The notes below the pieces were generated by a model. That model was not told where the DNA came from. It saw only the letters and a program-made list of their open reading frames with translations, and searched no databases. DNA of 64,000 bases from Alphaproteobacteria bacterium (lineage in GTDB: Bacteria > Pseudomonadota > Alphaproteobacteria > Reyranellales > JAQSWP01). Of this stretch, positions 36,114-45,785 are shown in pieces; the first letter of the stretch is position 1; each line of letters opens with the position of its first letter. The translations under genes and the position numbers were made by a program. Location of the stretch: assembly GCA_029266575.1 (NCBI GenBank), contig JAQSWP010000005.1, positions 343-64,342 of the forward strand, read 5' to 3'.

Positions 36114-37036
36114 CGTTTGATATAGGAAATGCGTGGATCGAGCAGAACGTAGAGCATGTCGACCACGAAATTGACGACGAGGAAGATCACGCCCATGAAC
36201 AGCACGGAGGCCTGCACCAGCGGAAAGTCGCGGCCGTAGACGGCGTCGATGGCGATCTTGCCGACGCCGGGCCAGGCGAACACCGTCTCGGTCACCACCG
36301 CGCCGCGCAGGATGGTGGCGGCCTGCAGGGCGGTGATGGTGAGGATGGGAATGGCGCCGTTCTTCAGCGCATGCACCATGATGACGCGCCATTCCGGCAC
36401 GCCCTTGGCGCGCGCGGTGCGCACGTAATCGGCTTCCAGCGCATCGAGCATGGCCGAACGCGTCACCCGCATGATGGCGGCAGCCACGAACAGCCCCAGC
36501 GTGACTGTGGGCAGGATGATGTGCTCGTCGAGCCCGTAGCCGGAGGTCGGCAGCAGCCCGAACCACAGCGAGAAGAACAGGATCAGCAAAATGCCGAACC
36601 AGAATGTCGGCATGCTCTGGCCCAGCAGCGCCACGATCTTGCCGGCGCTATCGAACCAGGTATCGCGCTTCACCGCCGAATAGATGCCGACCGGCAGGGC
36701 CAGCGCCAGGCCGAGCAACATCGAGGCCAGCGACAGCCACAGCGTGGCGGGAAAACGCTCGATCAGCATTTCGGCCGCCGAGCGGTCCCATTTGATCGAG
36801 CGGCCGAAATCGCCCTGCAGCGCATTGGTGACGAAATACCAGTACTGCACGATCAGCGGCTTATCGAGGCCGAGCGAGGCGCGGATGCGCTCGATGTCCT
36901 CGGCCGAGGCTTCCATTGGCGCCATCAAATTGACGGGATCGCCCGACAGGCGTGACAGGCCGAAGACGATGACGCTGAGCAGCAGCATCGTCAGCAATGC
37001 CTGCATCAGCCTTCCGATGACAAAACGAGTCGACAA
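36110..37036 (-). CDS. ABC permease, DppB/OppB-like
   Basis: 308 aa. The TTG start follows GGAGAA. A typical family-5 system permease. Confidence 0.9.
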   Translation of the reverse strand: MSTRFVIGRLMQALLTMLLLSVIVFGLSRLSGDPVNLMAPMEASAEDIERIRASLGLDKPLIVQYWYFVTNALQGDFGRSIKWDRSAAEMLIERFPATLWLSLASMLLGLALALPVGIYSAVKRDTWFDSAGKIVALLGQSMPTFWFGILLILFFSLWFGLLPTSGYGLDEHIILPTVTLGLFVAAAIMRVTRSAMLDALEADYVRTARAKGVPEWRVIMVHALKNGAIPILTITALQAATILRGAVVTETVFAWPGVGKIAIDAVYGRDFPLVQASVLFMGVIFLVVNFVVDMLYVLLDPRISYIKR

Positions 37037-37054
37037 GGGACTGTTCTCCGCCGC

Positions 37055-38614
37055 CTATTTCAAACGCAATTTGGACATGCTCGTATGATAGCCGCTACCC
37101 AGCGCCGGCTGCCACTCCTTGATTCGCTTCTTGGTCATCGCAAACGGGGTGTGGCACCACAGCAGCGGCACGTTCTCGACGTTCTCCGATTCAAGCTTGG
37201 CGAAGCCCTGCAATATCTTCTCCCGCTCGTCGAGATTGGCGGTCCGGATCTGGGTCTTGAAGATGCGGTCGTACTCGGGAACCTGCACGCTGCGCGCCGT
37301 CCATCCCGACCACGACACGAAGTAGGAATTTATCACTTCGCCGCCGTCGTCCGGGATCGAGATCGGCGTGTAGAAGATGGCGGTGGGCTTGTTGCCCCGC
37401 ATCATGGCGAGCCAGGCGCTGTTGTCGACGCTGACGCGCTCGACGGTGAAGCCCACCGCTTCGAGATTGCCGGCGACCGCTTCCAGCACCTGGGGCGCGT
37501 TGGGAACGGCGGCGAAGGACTGCGTGTGCAGGGTGAAAGTCACCTTGGTGCCCGGCTTGACGCCGGCTTCCTTCAGCAGCGCCTTGGCCTTGGCAGGATC
37601 GTAGGCGATCTGCGGCAGGCCATCGAGATAGCCGAAAGTGCCGGGCGTGAACATGCTGGTCGCCGGCTCGCACACGCCACCCTGGATCTTCTCGGCAATG
37701 GCCTTGCGGTTGATCGCATGGCCGACCGCCAGCCGCACCCGCTTGTCGGCGGCCTGGGGAAACAGGTCCTTGTTGAACATGATGCCGGACGTGCCGCTGT
37801 AGCGCGAGGTGACGATGCCCACGTCGGCATTGCCGCGGCTCTTCTCCAGCAGCGGCCCGGTCAGGCCGGCGACGATATCCGCCTCGCCGCGCTCGAGCAT
37901 CGCGTAGCGGGTGAACGGCTCCTTCACCAGAATCTGGGTCACGGTCTTGATGGTGGGAGCGCCGCCCCAATAGTTCGGACTGGCTTCGTATTTGGTCCAT
38001 TCGCCGGACTTGATCCCGGCCAGGGTGAACGGGCCGGTGCCGATCGGCTTGTCCTGGAAGCCCTGCTTGCCGACCTTCTCGTAATAGGCCTTGGGCGCGA
38101 TCGGCGTCAGCGCGTAGCGCGCCGTGGTGAAGAACGCGGGGAACGGCTGCTTCAGCACGAAGCGCGCGGTGTGCGGGTCGACGACGTCCACCCGCTCCAG
38201 CGATTCGACGAAGCCGGCGCGATAGGCATGCCCGCTGTCGGGCTGCATCAGCCGCTCGAACGTGAACTTGACGTCCTCGGCGGTGAAGGGATCGCCATTG
38301 TGGAATTTCACGCCCTTGCGCAGCTTGAAGTCGATCTGCTTGCCGTCGGGGCTGATGACCCAGCTCTCGGCCAGGGCCGGATACTTGCCGTCCTTGCCGA
38401 GATTGATCAGCCCATCGAACAGGAAGTCGAAATCCATATGCGGCGTGGCGCCGACCATCGCCGTCGGATCGAACAGCTGGCTGAGCTGCGGCAACGCCAT
38501 GGTCACCTCGCCTTTGGGCTCGGCCTGCGCCGGCAGTCCGAAGCAAAGGGCAAGCGCCGAAGCGGCGATCAGCATCGGCAGGCGCGTGCGGCGTGAAAGA
38601 GCGTCGGTCATCAT
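37055..38614 (-). CDS. Family-5 (peptide/opine/nickel-type) ABC substrate-binding protein, copy 1
   Basis: 519 aa with a signal peptide and the block DGKQIDFKLRKGVKFHNGDPFTAEDVKFTFERL. Confidence 0.9.
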   Translation of the reverse strand: MMTDALSRRTRLPMLIAASALALCFGLPAQAEPKGEVTMALPQLSQLFDPTAMVGATPHMDFDFLFDGLINLGKDGKYPALAESWVISPDGKQIDFKLRKGVKFHNGDPFTAEDVKFTFERLMQPDSGHAYRAGFVESLERVDVVDPHTARFVLKQPFPAFFTTARYALTPIAPKAYYEKVGKQGFQDKPIGTGPFTLAGIKSGEWTKYEASPNYWGGAPTIKTVTQILVKEPFTRYAMLERGEADIVAGLTGPLLEKSRGNADVGIVTSRYSGTSGIMFNKDLFPQAADKRVRLAVGHAINRKAIAEKIQGGVCEPATSMFTPGTFGYLDGLPQIAYDPAKAKALLKEAGVKPGTKVTFTLHTQSFAAVPNAPQVLEAVAGNLEAVGFTVERVSVDNSAWLAMMRGNKPTAIFYTPISIPDDGGEVINSYFVSWSGWTARSVQVPEYDRIFKTQIRTANLDEREKILQGFAKLESENVENVPLLWCHTPFAMTKKRIKEWQPALGSGYHTSMSKLRLK

Positions 38615-38643
38615 TTCGTCCCCGCGGAATCCTTCAGTTAATG

Positions 38644-38676
38644 GAAAAGGACAGCGGGCTTTGCGACCCGCTGTCC
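38644..38676 (-). terminator. Rho-independent terminator or attenuator after binding-protein copy 2
   Basis: GGACAGCGGG-N8-CCCGCTGTCC, followed on the minus strand by TTTTCCATT. Confidence 0.65.
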
Positions 38677-38692
38677 TCGCCGGTCGACCCGT

Positions 38693-40258
38693 CTAGTCGT
38701 TGAGCTCCAGATTGCTCAGCGACAGGTAATAGCCGCTGCCCATCGCCGGCTGCCACGACTTCACCCGCTTGCCGATGGCGTAGGGCGTCGAGCACCACAG
38801 GAAGGGCACCATCTCGAGGTTTTCCTGTTCCATCTTCACGAACTTTTGCAGCAGCTTCTTGCGGCCTTCGGGATCGGCCAGCTGCTGCTGTTGCTTGAAC
38901 AGGGCATCGTATTCCGGCCGCTGCACGGAGTGCGGCGTCCAGGCCGAGTTCAGCGCGAACCAGGTGTTGATCAGCTCGCCGCCGTCGTCGGGGGTGCCCG
39001 ACGGCGCGTAGAAGATGCCGTAGGCCTTGTGGCCGCGCATCATCGACATCCAGGCGTCGGTATCGACGCTCTTGCGCTCGATCGTCAGGCCGACCGCCTC
39101 GAGATTGCCGGCGACGGCCTCCAGCACCTGCGGCGCGCCCGGCAGGGCCGCGAACGCCTGCGTGTGGTAGACGAACGGCACTTTGGTGTCCGGCTTGACG
39201 CCCGCTTCCTTCAGCAGCGCCTTGGCCTTGGCGGGATCGTAGGGGATCAGCGGTACGCCCTCGAGATAGCCGAAGGTGCCCGGCGAGATGATGCTGGTGG
39301 CGGGCTCGCAGACGCCGCCCAGGATATTCTCCGAGATCGCCTTGCGGTTGATGGCATGCGCCACCGCCAGCCGCACGCGGCGGTCTTCGGCCTGCGGGAA
39401 TTCCTTCTTGTTGAAGAGAATGCCCGAAGTGCCGGTATAGGGCGACATGATGACCCGCAGATCCTTATTGGTCCGCACCTTCTCCAGCAGCGCGCCGGTG
39501 AGGCCGCTGGCGATATCGGCTTCGCCCTTCTCGATCATGGCGTAGCGGGTGAACGGCTCGGCGACCAGTCGCTCGGTGACGAACTGGACCTTCGGCACGC
39601 GGCCCCAATAGCCGGTGTTGGCTTCGAACTTGCTCCATTCGCCGGCCTTCTTGTCGACCAGCTTGAACGGGCCGGTGCCGACCGGCTTTTCCTTGAACGC
39701 CTTGGCGCCGACCTGCTCGTAGTATTTCTTCGGCACGATATGGGCCAGCGCGTAGCGGGCCGTCGTGAAGAAGGCGGGCCAGGGATTCTTGAGGATGAAG
39801 CGGGCGGTATGGGGATCGACCACATCGACCCGTTCGATCGAATCCTGGAAGCCGCGGCGATAGGAGTGCGTGCTGTCGGGCGCCAGGATGCGCTCGAAGG
39901 TGAACTTCACGTCCTCGGCGCTGAAATCGTCGCCGTTGTGGAATTTCACGTTCTTGCGCAGCTTGAAGTCGATCTGCTTGCCGTCGGGGCTGATGACCCA
40001 GCTTTCGGCCAGGCCCGGCACCTTGCCCTTTTCGTTGAGATTGAGCAGGCCGTCGAAGACCAGCTCGGCCATCATGTAGTCGGCGGTCGAGATCGTCGCA
40101 GTCGGATCGCCGTTCTGGCTCAGCACCGACGTCGCCACCAGAACGCTGCCCTTGGGCTGCGCCTGCGCCGGCAAGGTCGTCGCGGCCAGCGCCAGGCCAA
40201 GCCCGGCAAGGGCGAGAAGCGCCGCACGCGGGCGCGCGTTCATCTGCTCGAATTTCAT
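38693..40258 (-). CDS. Family-5 ABC substrate-binding protein, copy 2
   Basis: Start at ATG 40258 (MKFEQMNARPRAALLALAGLGLALA) after GGAGGAA. 521 aa. Confidence 0.9.
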   Translation of the reverse strand: MKFEQMNARPRAALLALAGLGLALAATTLPAQAQPKGSVLVATSVLSQNGDPTATISTADYMMAELVFDGLLNLNEKGKVPGLAESWVISPDGKQIDFKLRKNVKFHNGDDFSAEDVKFTFERILAPDSTHSYRRGFQDSIERVDVVDPHTARFILKNPWPAFFTTARYALAHIVPKKYYEQVGAKAFKEKPVGTGPFKLVDKKAGEWSKFEANTGYWGRVPKVQFVTERLVAEPFTRYAMIEKGEADIASGLTGALLEKVRTNKDLRVIMSPYTGTSGILFNKKEFPQAEDRRVRLAVAHAINRKAISENILGGVCEPATSIISPGTFGYLEGVPLIPYDPAKAKALLKEAGVKPDTKVPFVYHTQAFAALPGAPQVLEAVAGNLEAVGLTIERKSVDTDAWMSMMRGHKAYGIFYAPSGTPDDGGELINTWFALNSAWTPHSVQRPEYDALFKQQQQLADPEGRKKLLQKFVKMEQENLEMVPFLWCSTPYAIGKRVKSWQPAMGSGYYLSLSNLELND

Positions 40259-40293
40259 GATCGTTCCTCCAGTGGCCCTTGTTACGCGGCCGT

Positions 40294-41850
40294 CTATTGA
40301 TTGAGTTCGATGGTGGCGAGCGAGAGGTAGTTGCCGCTGCCCAGAGCCGGCTTCCAGTCTTTCACCCGCTTGCTGTTGACCGCGTAAGGCGTGGCGCACC
40401 AGAACAGCGGCACCATCTCGAAATTCTCCGATTCCAGCTTGGCGAATTTCTGCAGCAGCTTCTTGCGCGCCTCGAGATCGGCGGTGACCTGCTGCTGCTT
40501 GTAGATGGCATCGTATTCCGGCACGGCGATGCTGCGCGTGGTCCAGCCGGCATTGGCGGTGAAATAGGAGTTAAGCAATTCGCCGGCGTCGTCGGGCGTG
40601 CCGACCGGCGTGTAGTAGATGCCGGGCGCCTTGTTGGTGCGCATCATCGAGAGCCAGGCATCGGTATCGAAACTCTTGCGTTCGACCACGAGGCCGGCGG
40701 CTTCGAGATTGCCGGCGATGGCTTCCAGCACCTGGGGCGCGCCGGGCAACGCGGCGAAGGACTGGGTATGATAGACGAACGGCACCTTGGTGCCGGGCTG
40801 GACGCCCGCTTCCTTCAACAGCGCCTTGGCTTTGTTGAGATCGTAGGAAACCTGCGGCAGGCCTTCCAGGAAGCCGAACGTGCCCGGCGTCAGCATCGAG
40901 CTGGCCGGCTCGCACACCCCGCCGGTGATGTTCTTGGCGATGGCCTCGCGGTTGATGGCATGCGCCACCGCCAGCCGCACGCGCTTGTCGGCGAACTGCG
41001 GCAAATCGGTCTTGTTGAACAGCAGGCCCGAGGTGCCGCTATAGGGCGACAGGATCACCTTGAGATCCTTATTGCTGCGCACTTTCTCGAGCAGCGCGCC
41101 GGAGATGCCGGCGGCGATATCGGCCTCGCCCTTCTCCAACATGGCGTAGCGGGTGAACGGCTCGGCCACGAGGCGCTGGGTGACGAATTGCGTCTTGGCC
41201 TTGGCGCCCCAGTAATCGGTGTTGGCCTCGAACTTGGTCCATTCGCCGGCCTTCATGTCGGCGAGCTTCAGCGCGCCGGTGCCGACCGGCTTTTCCTTGA
41301 ACGCCTTGGCGCCAACCTGCTCGTAGTATTTCTTCGGCACGATGTGGGTCAGCGCAAAGCGCGCGGTGGTGAAGAAGGCCGGCCACGGCTGCTTCAGCAC
41401 GAAGCGCACGGTGTGCGGCTCGACGACTTCGATCCGGTCGATCGGATCGATGAAGCCACGGCGATAGGAATGGGTGCTGTCCGGGCCGATGATGCGCTCG
41501 AAAGTGAACTTCACGTCCTCGGCGGTGAACGGATCGCCGTTGTGGAATTTGACGTTCTTGCGCAGCTTGAAATCGATCTGCTTGCCGTCGGGGCTGATCA
41601 CCCAGCTTTCAGCCAAAGCGGCAACCTTGCCCTTTTCGGTCAGGTTCAGCAGCCCGTCGTACAGCGCCTCGTGAATCATGTAGTCGGCGGTCGAGACGGT
41701 GGCGGTCGGATCGGTGTTCTGGCTCAGTGCCGGCACCGCGACGACGGCGCTGCCCTTGGGCTGCGCATACGCTGGTATGGCGACAACCAGGCCTGCGGCC
41801 ATTGCGACAGCGCCCATCAATGGGCAAAAAGCGGCCTTGAGATTGACCAT
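40294..41850 (-). CDS. Family-5 ABC substrate-binding protein, copy 3
   Basis: Start probably at ATG 41850 (MVNLKAAFCPLMGAVAMAAGLVVAIPAYA). 518 aa. Confidence 0.85.
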   Translation of the reverse strand: MVNLKAAFCPLMGAVAMAAGLVVAIPAYAQPKGSAVVAVPALSQNTDPTATVSTADYMIHEALYDGLLNLTEKGKVAALAESWVISPDGKQIDFKLRKNVKFHNGDPFTAEDVKFTFERIIGPDSTHSYRRGFIDPIDRIEVVEPHTVRFVLKQPWPAFFTTARFALTHIVPKKYYEQVGAKAFKEKPVGTGALKLADMKAGEWTKFEANTDYWGAKAKTQFVTQRLVAEPFTRYAMLEKGEADIAAGISGALLEKVRSNKDLKVILSPYSGTSGLLFNKTDLPQFADKRVRLAVAHAINREAIAKNITGGVCEPASSMLTPGTFGFLEGLPQVSYDLNKAKALLKEAGVQPGTKVPFVYHTQSFAALPGAPQVLEAIAGNLEAAGLVVERKSFDTDAWLSMMRTNKAPGIYYTPVGTPDDAGELLNSYFTANAGWTTRSIAVPEYDAIYKQQQVTADLEARKKLLQKFAKLESENFEMVPLFWCATPYAVNSKRVKDWKPALGSGNYLSLATIELNQ

Positions 41851-41905
41851 TTTGGACGGTTCCCTTCCCACGCAGGCCGATTCATTGCCGGCCTTGATTA
41901 ACATC

Positions 41906-41930
41906 ATGTACCAGTTATTTTTCGGTACAT
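41906..41930. promoter_or_regulatory. Palindrome ATGTACC-N11-GGTACAT in the divergent promoter region
   Basis: Read directly. It overlaps a possible sigma70-like pair, TTGATT (41894-41899) and TATTTT (41916-41921), with a 16-nt spacer. Confidence 0.3.
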
Positions 41931-41938
41931 TAAAAAAA

Positions 41939-41969
41939 ATTGTATCCTAACCCTGCTATCAATTGTATC
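41939..41969. promoter_or_regulatory. Two direct copies of ATTGTATC (41939-41946, 41962-41969)
   Basis: Read directly; start-to-start spacing is 23 bp. They lie between binding-protein copy 3 and the ABC ATPase genes. Confidence 0.45.
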
Positions 41970-42054
41970 ACTCTGTCAACCAAGAACAGCGGGTGGATTA
42001 CGGCGGTATGCGCCGTTCCGATCGTCGCGGATAATGTCGGGCAGGAAAGACGGG

Positions 42055-43119
42055 ATGGACACAATCGTGCAGCAAAACCTTGCTTCCGGCGGTATCGCCG
42101 CAACCGCCAGCGAAGACCCAATCCTCCAGGTCAAGAACCTGACAACGGTGTTCCAGACGCGCTCCGGTGCGGTGCCGGCGGTCAATGACGTCTCCTTCCA
42201 TCTGCACCGCGGCGAAACGCTGGGCCTGGTGGGCGAATCGGGCTGCGGCAAGAGCGTCACTTCGCTCTCCATCCTGCGCCTGATCCCCGCCCGCGCCGGT
42301 AAGGTCGAGGAAGGCTCCGTGCTCTATGGCGGGCGCGATCTGATGCAGCTGGACGACGAGGAAATGCGCCGGATCCGCGGCGGCGAGATCGCCATGGTGT
42401 TCCAGGAGCCGATGACGGCGCTCAACCCGGTGCTGACCATCGGCCAGCAGATCATCGAAACCATCCTGCTGCATGAAAACATGAATCGCGAGCAGGCGCG
42501 CGAGCGCGCCATCGAGATGCTGAAGGTGGTGCATATCCCCGAAGCCGAACGGCAGATCGACAATTACCCGCACCAGCTCTCCGGCGGCATGCGCCAGCGC
42601 GCCATGATCGCCATGGCGCTGTCGTGCAATCCCAAGGTCCTGATCGCCGACGAGCCGACCACCGCGCTCGACGTCACCATCCAGGCGCAGATCCTGGAGC
42701 TGATGCAGGAGCTGCAGGCCAAGTTCGGCACCTCGATCATCATGATCACGCATGATCTGGGGGTCATCGCCGAGACCGCGCACCGCGTCGCCGTGATGTA
42801 TGCCGGGCGCAAGGTCGAGGAAGCGCAGGTCGAAGACCTGTTCGAGGACGCCATCCATCCCTACACGCAGGGCCTGCTGCAGGCCATTCCGGGCATGGAT
42901 AGCGAGGTCGAGCCCAGCGGCCAGCGGCGGAGGCTTTACGCCATCGAAGGCACGGTGCCGGCGCTGGCCGATCTGCCGCCCGGCTGCGCCTTCGCGCCGC
43001 GCTGCCCGCTCGCCACCGAGATCTGCCGCGAGAAAGTGCCGCCGCTGGTGGAGAAGAAGCCGCGCCATTGGGCGGCATGCTGGAACAGCCCGCGGCCTTA
43101 TGCCGCCGGCCAAGCGTAA
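42055..43119 (+). CDS. ABC ATP-binding protein, DppD/OppD-like
   Basis: Has GESGCGKS and LSGGMRQR. I prefer ATG 42055 (AGGAAAG 6 nt upstream); the ORF-track start is 42034. Confidence 0.9.
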   Translation: MDTIVQQNLASGGIAATASEDPILQVKNLTTVFQTRSGAVPAVNDVSFHLHRGETLGLVGESGCGKSVTSLSILRLIPARAGKVEEGSVLYGGRDLMQLDDEEMRRIRGGEIAMVFQEPMTALNPVLTIGQQIIETILLHENMNREQARERAIEMLKVVHIPEAERQIDNYPHQLSGGMRQRAMIAMALSCNPKVLIADEPTTALDVTIQAQILELMQELQAKFGTSIIMITHDLGVIAETAHRVAVMYAGRKVEEAQVEDLFEDAIHPYTQGLLQAIPGMDSEVEPSGQRRRLYAIEGTVPALADLPPGCAFAPRCPLATEICREKVPPLVEKKPRHWAACWNSPRPYAAGQA

Positions 43120-43128
43120 GAGTTGCCC

Positions 43129-44145
43129 ATGTCGATCGCATCGCAAGCGGCGCAAGCCGTCCCCGTCCCGGCCGCCATGCCCCAGCCGATCCTGAAGGTC
43201 GAGGGCTTGAAAAAATATTTCCGTGTGCGCAAGGGATTGCTGGCGCGCAATTCGCAGTACGTGCAGGCGGTCGACGGCGTCTCCTTCCACATCGATCCCG
43301 GCGAGACCCTGAGCCTGGTGGGCGAATCGGGCTGCGGCAAATCCACCATCGGCCGGATGATCATGAAGCTGATCGAGCCGACCGCAGGGGCGATCTACAT
43401 CAACGGCCGCGACATCGCGCCGCTGTCGCGGCGCGGGATGCAGCCCTATCGCCGCGAGATGCAGATCATCTTCCAAGACCCGTTCTCATCGCTCAATCCA
43501 CGCATGACGGCGGGCGACATCGTGGGCGAGCCGCTGCTGGTGCATGGCATCGCCGACGACGGCGAACGCCAGAAGCGGGTAGTCGAGCTGTTCCGCAAGG
43601 TCGGACTGCGTCCCGATCAAATGCCGCGCTACCCGCATGAATTCTCCGGCGGCCAGCGCCAGCGCATCGGCATCGCCCGTGCCTTGGCGCTGGGGCCGAA
43701 GCTCATCATCGGCGACGAGCCGGTGTCGGCGCTGGACGTCTCGGTGCAGGCGCAGGTCATCAACCTGATGACCGATCTGCAGCAGGAATTCGGCCTGTCC
43801 TATCTCTTCATCGCCCATGACCTGTCGGTGGTGAAGCACATCTCGCACCGCATCGCGGTGATGTATCTGGGCAAGATCGTCGAGCTGGCCGAATGCGGCG
43901 AGCTGTTCCGCAACCCCCTGCATCCCTATACCGAAGCGTTGCTGTCGGCGGTGCCGATCGCCAATCCGCGCAAGACGCGCAAGAAGCGCATCATCCTGAA
44001 GGGCGACGTGCCGAGCCCGATCGACCCGCCGCCGGGTTGCCGCTTCAACACGCGCTGTCCGCTGGCGATCGACCGCTGCAAGGTCGAGGTGCCGGAATTC
44101 CGCGAGGTCGCACCCAAGCACTGGGTGGCCTGCCACCTGCGCTGA
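43129..44145 (+). CDS. ABC ATP-binding protein, DppF/OppF-like
   Basis: Has GESGCGKST and [11 protein letters not shown] 43129; the ORF-track TTG is at 43123. Confidence 0.9.
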   Translation: MSIASQAAQAVPVPAAMPQPILKVEGLKKYFRVRKGLLARNSQYVQAVDGVSFHIDPGETLSLVGESGCGKSTIGRMIMKLIEPTAGAIYINGRDIAPLSRRGMQPYRREMQIIFQDPFSSLNPRMTAGDIVGEPLLVHGIADDGERQKRVVELFRKVGLRPDQMPRYPHEFSGGQRQRIGIARALALGPKLIIGDEPVSALDVSVQAQVINLMTDLQQEFGLSYLFIAHDLSVVKHISHRIAVMYLGKIVELAECGELFRNPLHPYTEALLSAVPIANPRKTRKKRIILKGDVPSPIDPPPGCRFNTRCPLAIDRCKVEVPEFREVAPKHWVACHLR

Positions 44146-44156
44146 CGGTAGCTGTC

Positions 44157-45773
44157 ATGAACCCGTTCATGGGCCTGACTTATGGCCAATCGATCGTTCT
44201 GCTCGGCGAGCTTTACGGCGAACGCAACGCGCTGACCTTCGGCGCCCGGCATTGGGATTTCCGCCAGATCAAGAGCGAGATCGACCGCGCCGCCGCGCGG
44301 CTGGCTTCGCTGGGCGTGCAGCGTGAGGACAAGATCGCGATCTGGATGCCGAACCGTCCCGAGGCGATCTGGTACTGGATGGGCGCGGCGCAAATGGGTT
44401 GCGTGGCGGTGTTCCTCAACACCCGCCTGACGCAGGACGAGATCGCCTATCAGGTGATGCAATCGGATGCCCGCGTGCTGCTGCTGCAGGGCTTCGACGG
44501 CTATCGCGATTATCTGAAGGACATTGCCGCGCTCTGCCCCGAACTGGCGCAGGGCAAGCCGGGCGAATGGCGCAACGCCGCCTTCCCCGAACTGCGTCAT
44601 GTCGCGAGCTTCGACAAGCCCGATGCCGCGATCGAAGGCGCGCTCGACTGGTCGCAGCCTGCGCCCGCGCTGCCGATCCCGGCTCAGGAAACCGATCCCG
44701 ATGCGGCGGCGCTGATCGTCTACAGCTCCGGCACCACGGCGCTGCCCAAGGGCGTGGTGCTGACGCACAGCGTCTGGCGCAAGGCCTGGGATCACGGGCC
44801 GCGCTTCAAACAGACGGTCGATGACCGACTGTGGCTGTGCATGCCGCTGTTCGGCATCCTGGCCAACGTCAATGGCGTGCTGACCTTCTGGACGCGCGGC
44901 TCGTCGATCGTGCTGGAGCAGCGCTTCGAGGCGCAGACCGCGCTGCAGAAGCTGCAGGACGAGCGCTGCACCACCGCCTATCTGATGCCGGTGATGATGG
45001 AGAAGATGCTGGCGCGGCCCGATTTCAAATCCTACGATCTCTCGCGCCTGCGCACCGGCACCATCGTCTCCAACGATCCCGAGGTGATGGCGCGCGCGAT
45101 CAGAGAATTGGGCATGACGGATCTCTATGCCACTTACGGCATGAGCGAGACCTCCTCCGTCATCGTGCGCGGGCTGGCCGACGATCCGCTGGAACTGAAG
45201 CTCAACAGCCATGGCACGCCGATGCCCGACATCGAGGTGCGCGTCGCCGATCCCGACACCAACCAGCCGCTGCCAACGGGCCAGCAGGGCGAGATCCAGG
45301 CGCGCGGCTATTCGGTGATGAAAGGCTATTACAAGAAGCCCGCCGAGACCGCCGCCGCTTTCACCCCAGATGGCTGGCTCAAGACCGGCGATGCCGGCTT
45401 CCTGCGCGAGGACGGCAACCTGAAATTCATCTCGCGCCTGAAGGATGGCTACAAGTACAACGGCTTCAACGTCTCGACCCTGGAAGTCGAGGCCGCCTTG
45501 CGCCGCCATAGCGCGATCGCCCATGCCGCGGTGGTCGGCATTCCCGATCCGACGGCGGGCGAGATCGGCATCGCGTTTGTCGTCGCACGCGAGGGGCACA
45601 GCATCGACACGCAGGACGTGGCCGAGTTCGTCAAGCCGATCCTGGCGCAGTACAAGCGCCCGCAACGCATCGTGGTGCTGGACGAGCTGCCGATTACCGC
45701 CGGCACCGGCAAGGTGCAGACGCGCCAGCTCAAGGAGATGGGCCGCACGCTGACGCAGCGCGCGACCGCCTGA
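44157..45773 (+). CDS. AMP-forming acyl-CoA ligase, family member 5
   Basis: Start at ATG 44157 (MNPFMGLTYGQSIVLL). Has YSSGTTALPKGVVLTH and TYGMSE. The first 88 codons of the ORF are an alternative frame of the ATPase gene. Confidence 0.9.
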   Translation: MNPFMGLTYGQSIVLLGELYGERNALTFGARHWDFRQIKSEIDRAAARLASLGVQREDKIAIWMPNRPEAIWYWMGAAQMGCVAVFLNTRLTQDEIAYQVMQSDARVLLLQGFDGYRDYLKDIAALCPELAQGKPGEWRNAAFPELRHVASFDKPDAAIEGALDWSQPAPALPIPAQETDPDAAALIVYSSGTTALPKGVVLTHSVWRKAWDHGPRFKQTVDDRLWLCMPLFGILANVNGVLTFWTRGSSIVLEQRFEAQTALQKLQDERCTTAYLMPVMMEKMLARPDFKSYDLSRLRTGTIVSNDPEVMARAIRELGMTDLYATYGMSETSSVIVRGLADDPLELKLNSHGTPMPDIEVRVADPDTNQPLPTGQQGEIQARGYSVMKGYYKKPAETAAAFTPDGWLKTGDAGFLREDGNLKFISRLKDGYKYNGFNVSTLEVEAALRRHSAIAHAAVVGIPDPTAGEIGIAFVVAREGHSIDTQDVAEFVKPILAQYKRPQRIVVLDELPITAGTGKVQTRQLKEMGRTLTQRATA

Positions 45774-45785
45774 AACGGTCCGGCT

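Noticed and set aside
43893-44156. N-terminal 88 codons of the 626-aa ORF (ligase 5 extension)
   Set aside because: It overlaps the DppF-like gene in another frame. The paralogue alignment places the true start at MNPFMGL (44157).
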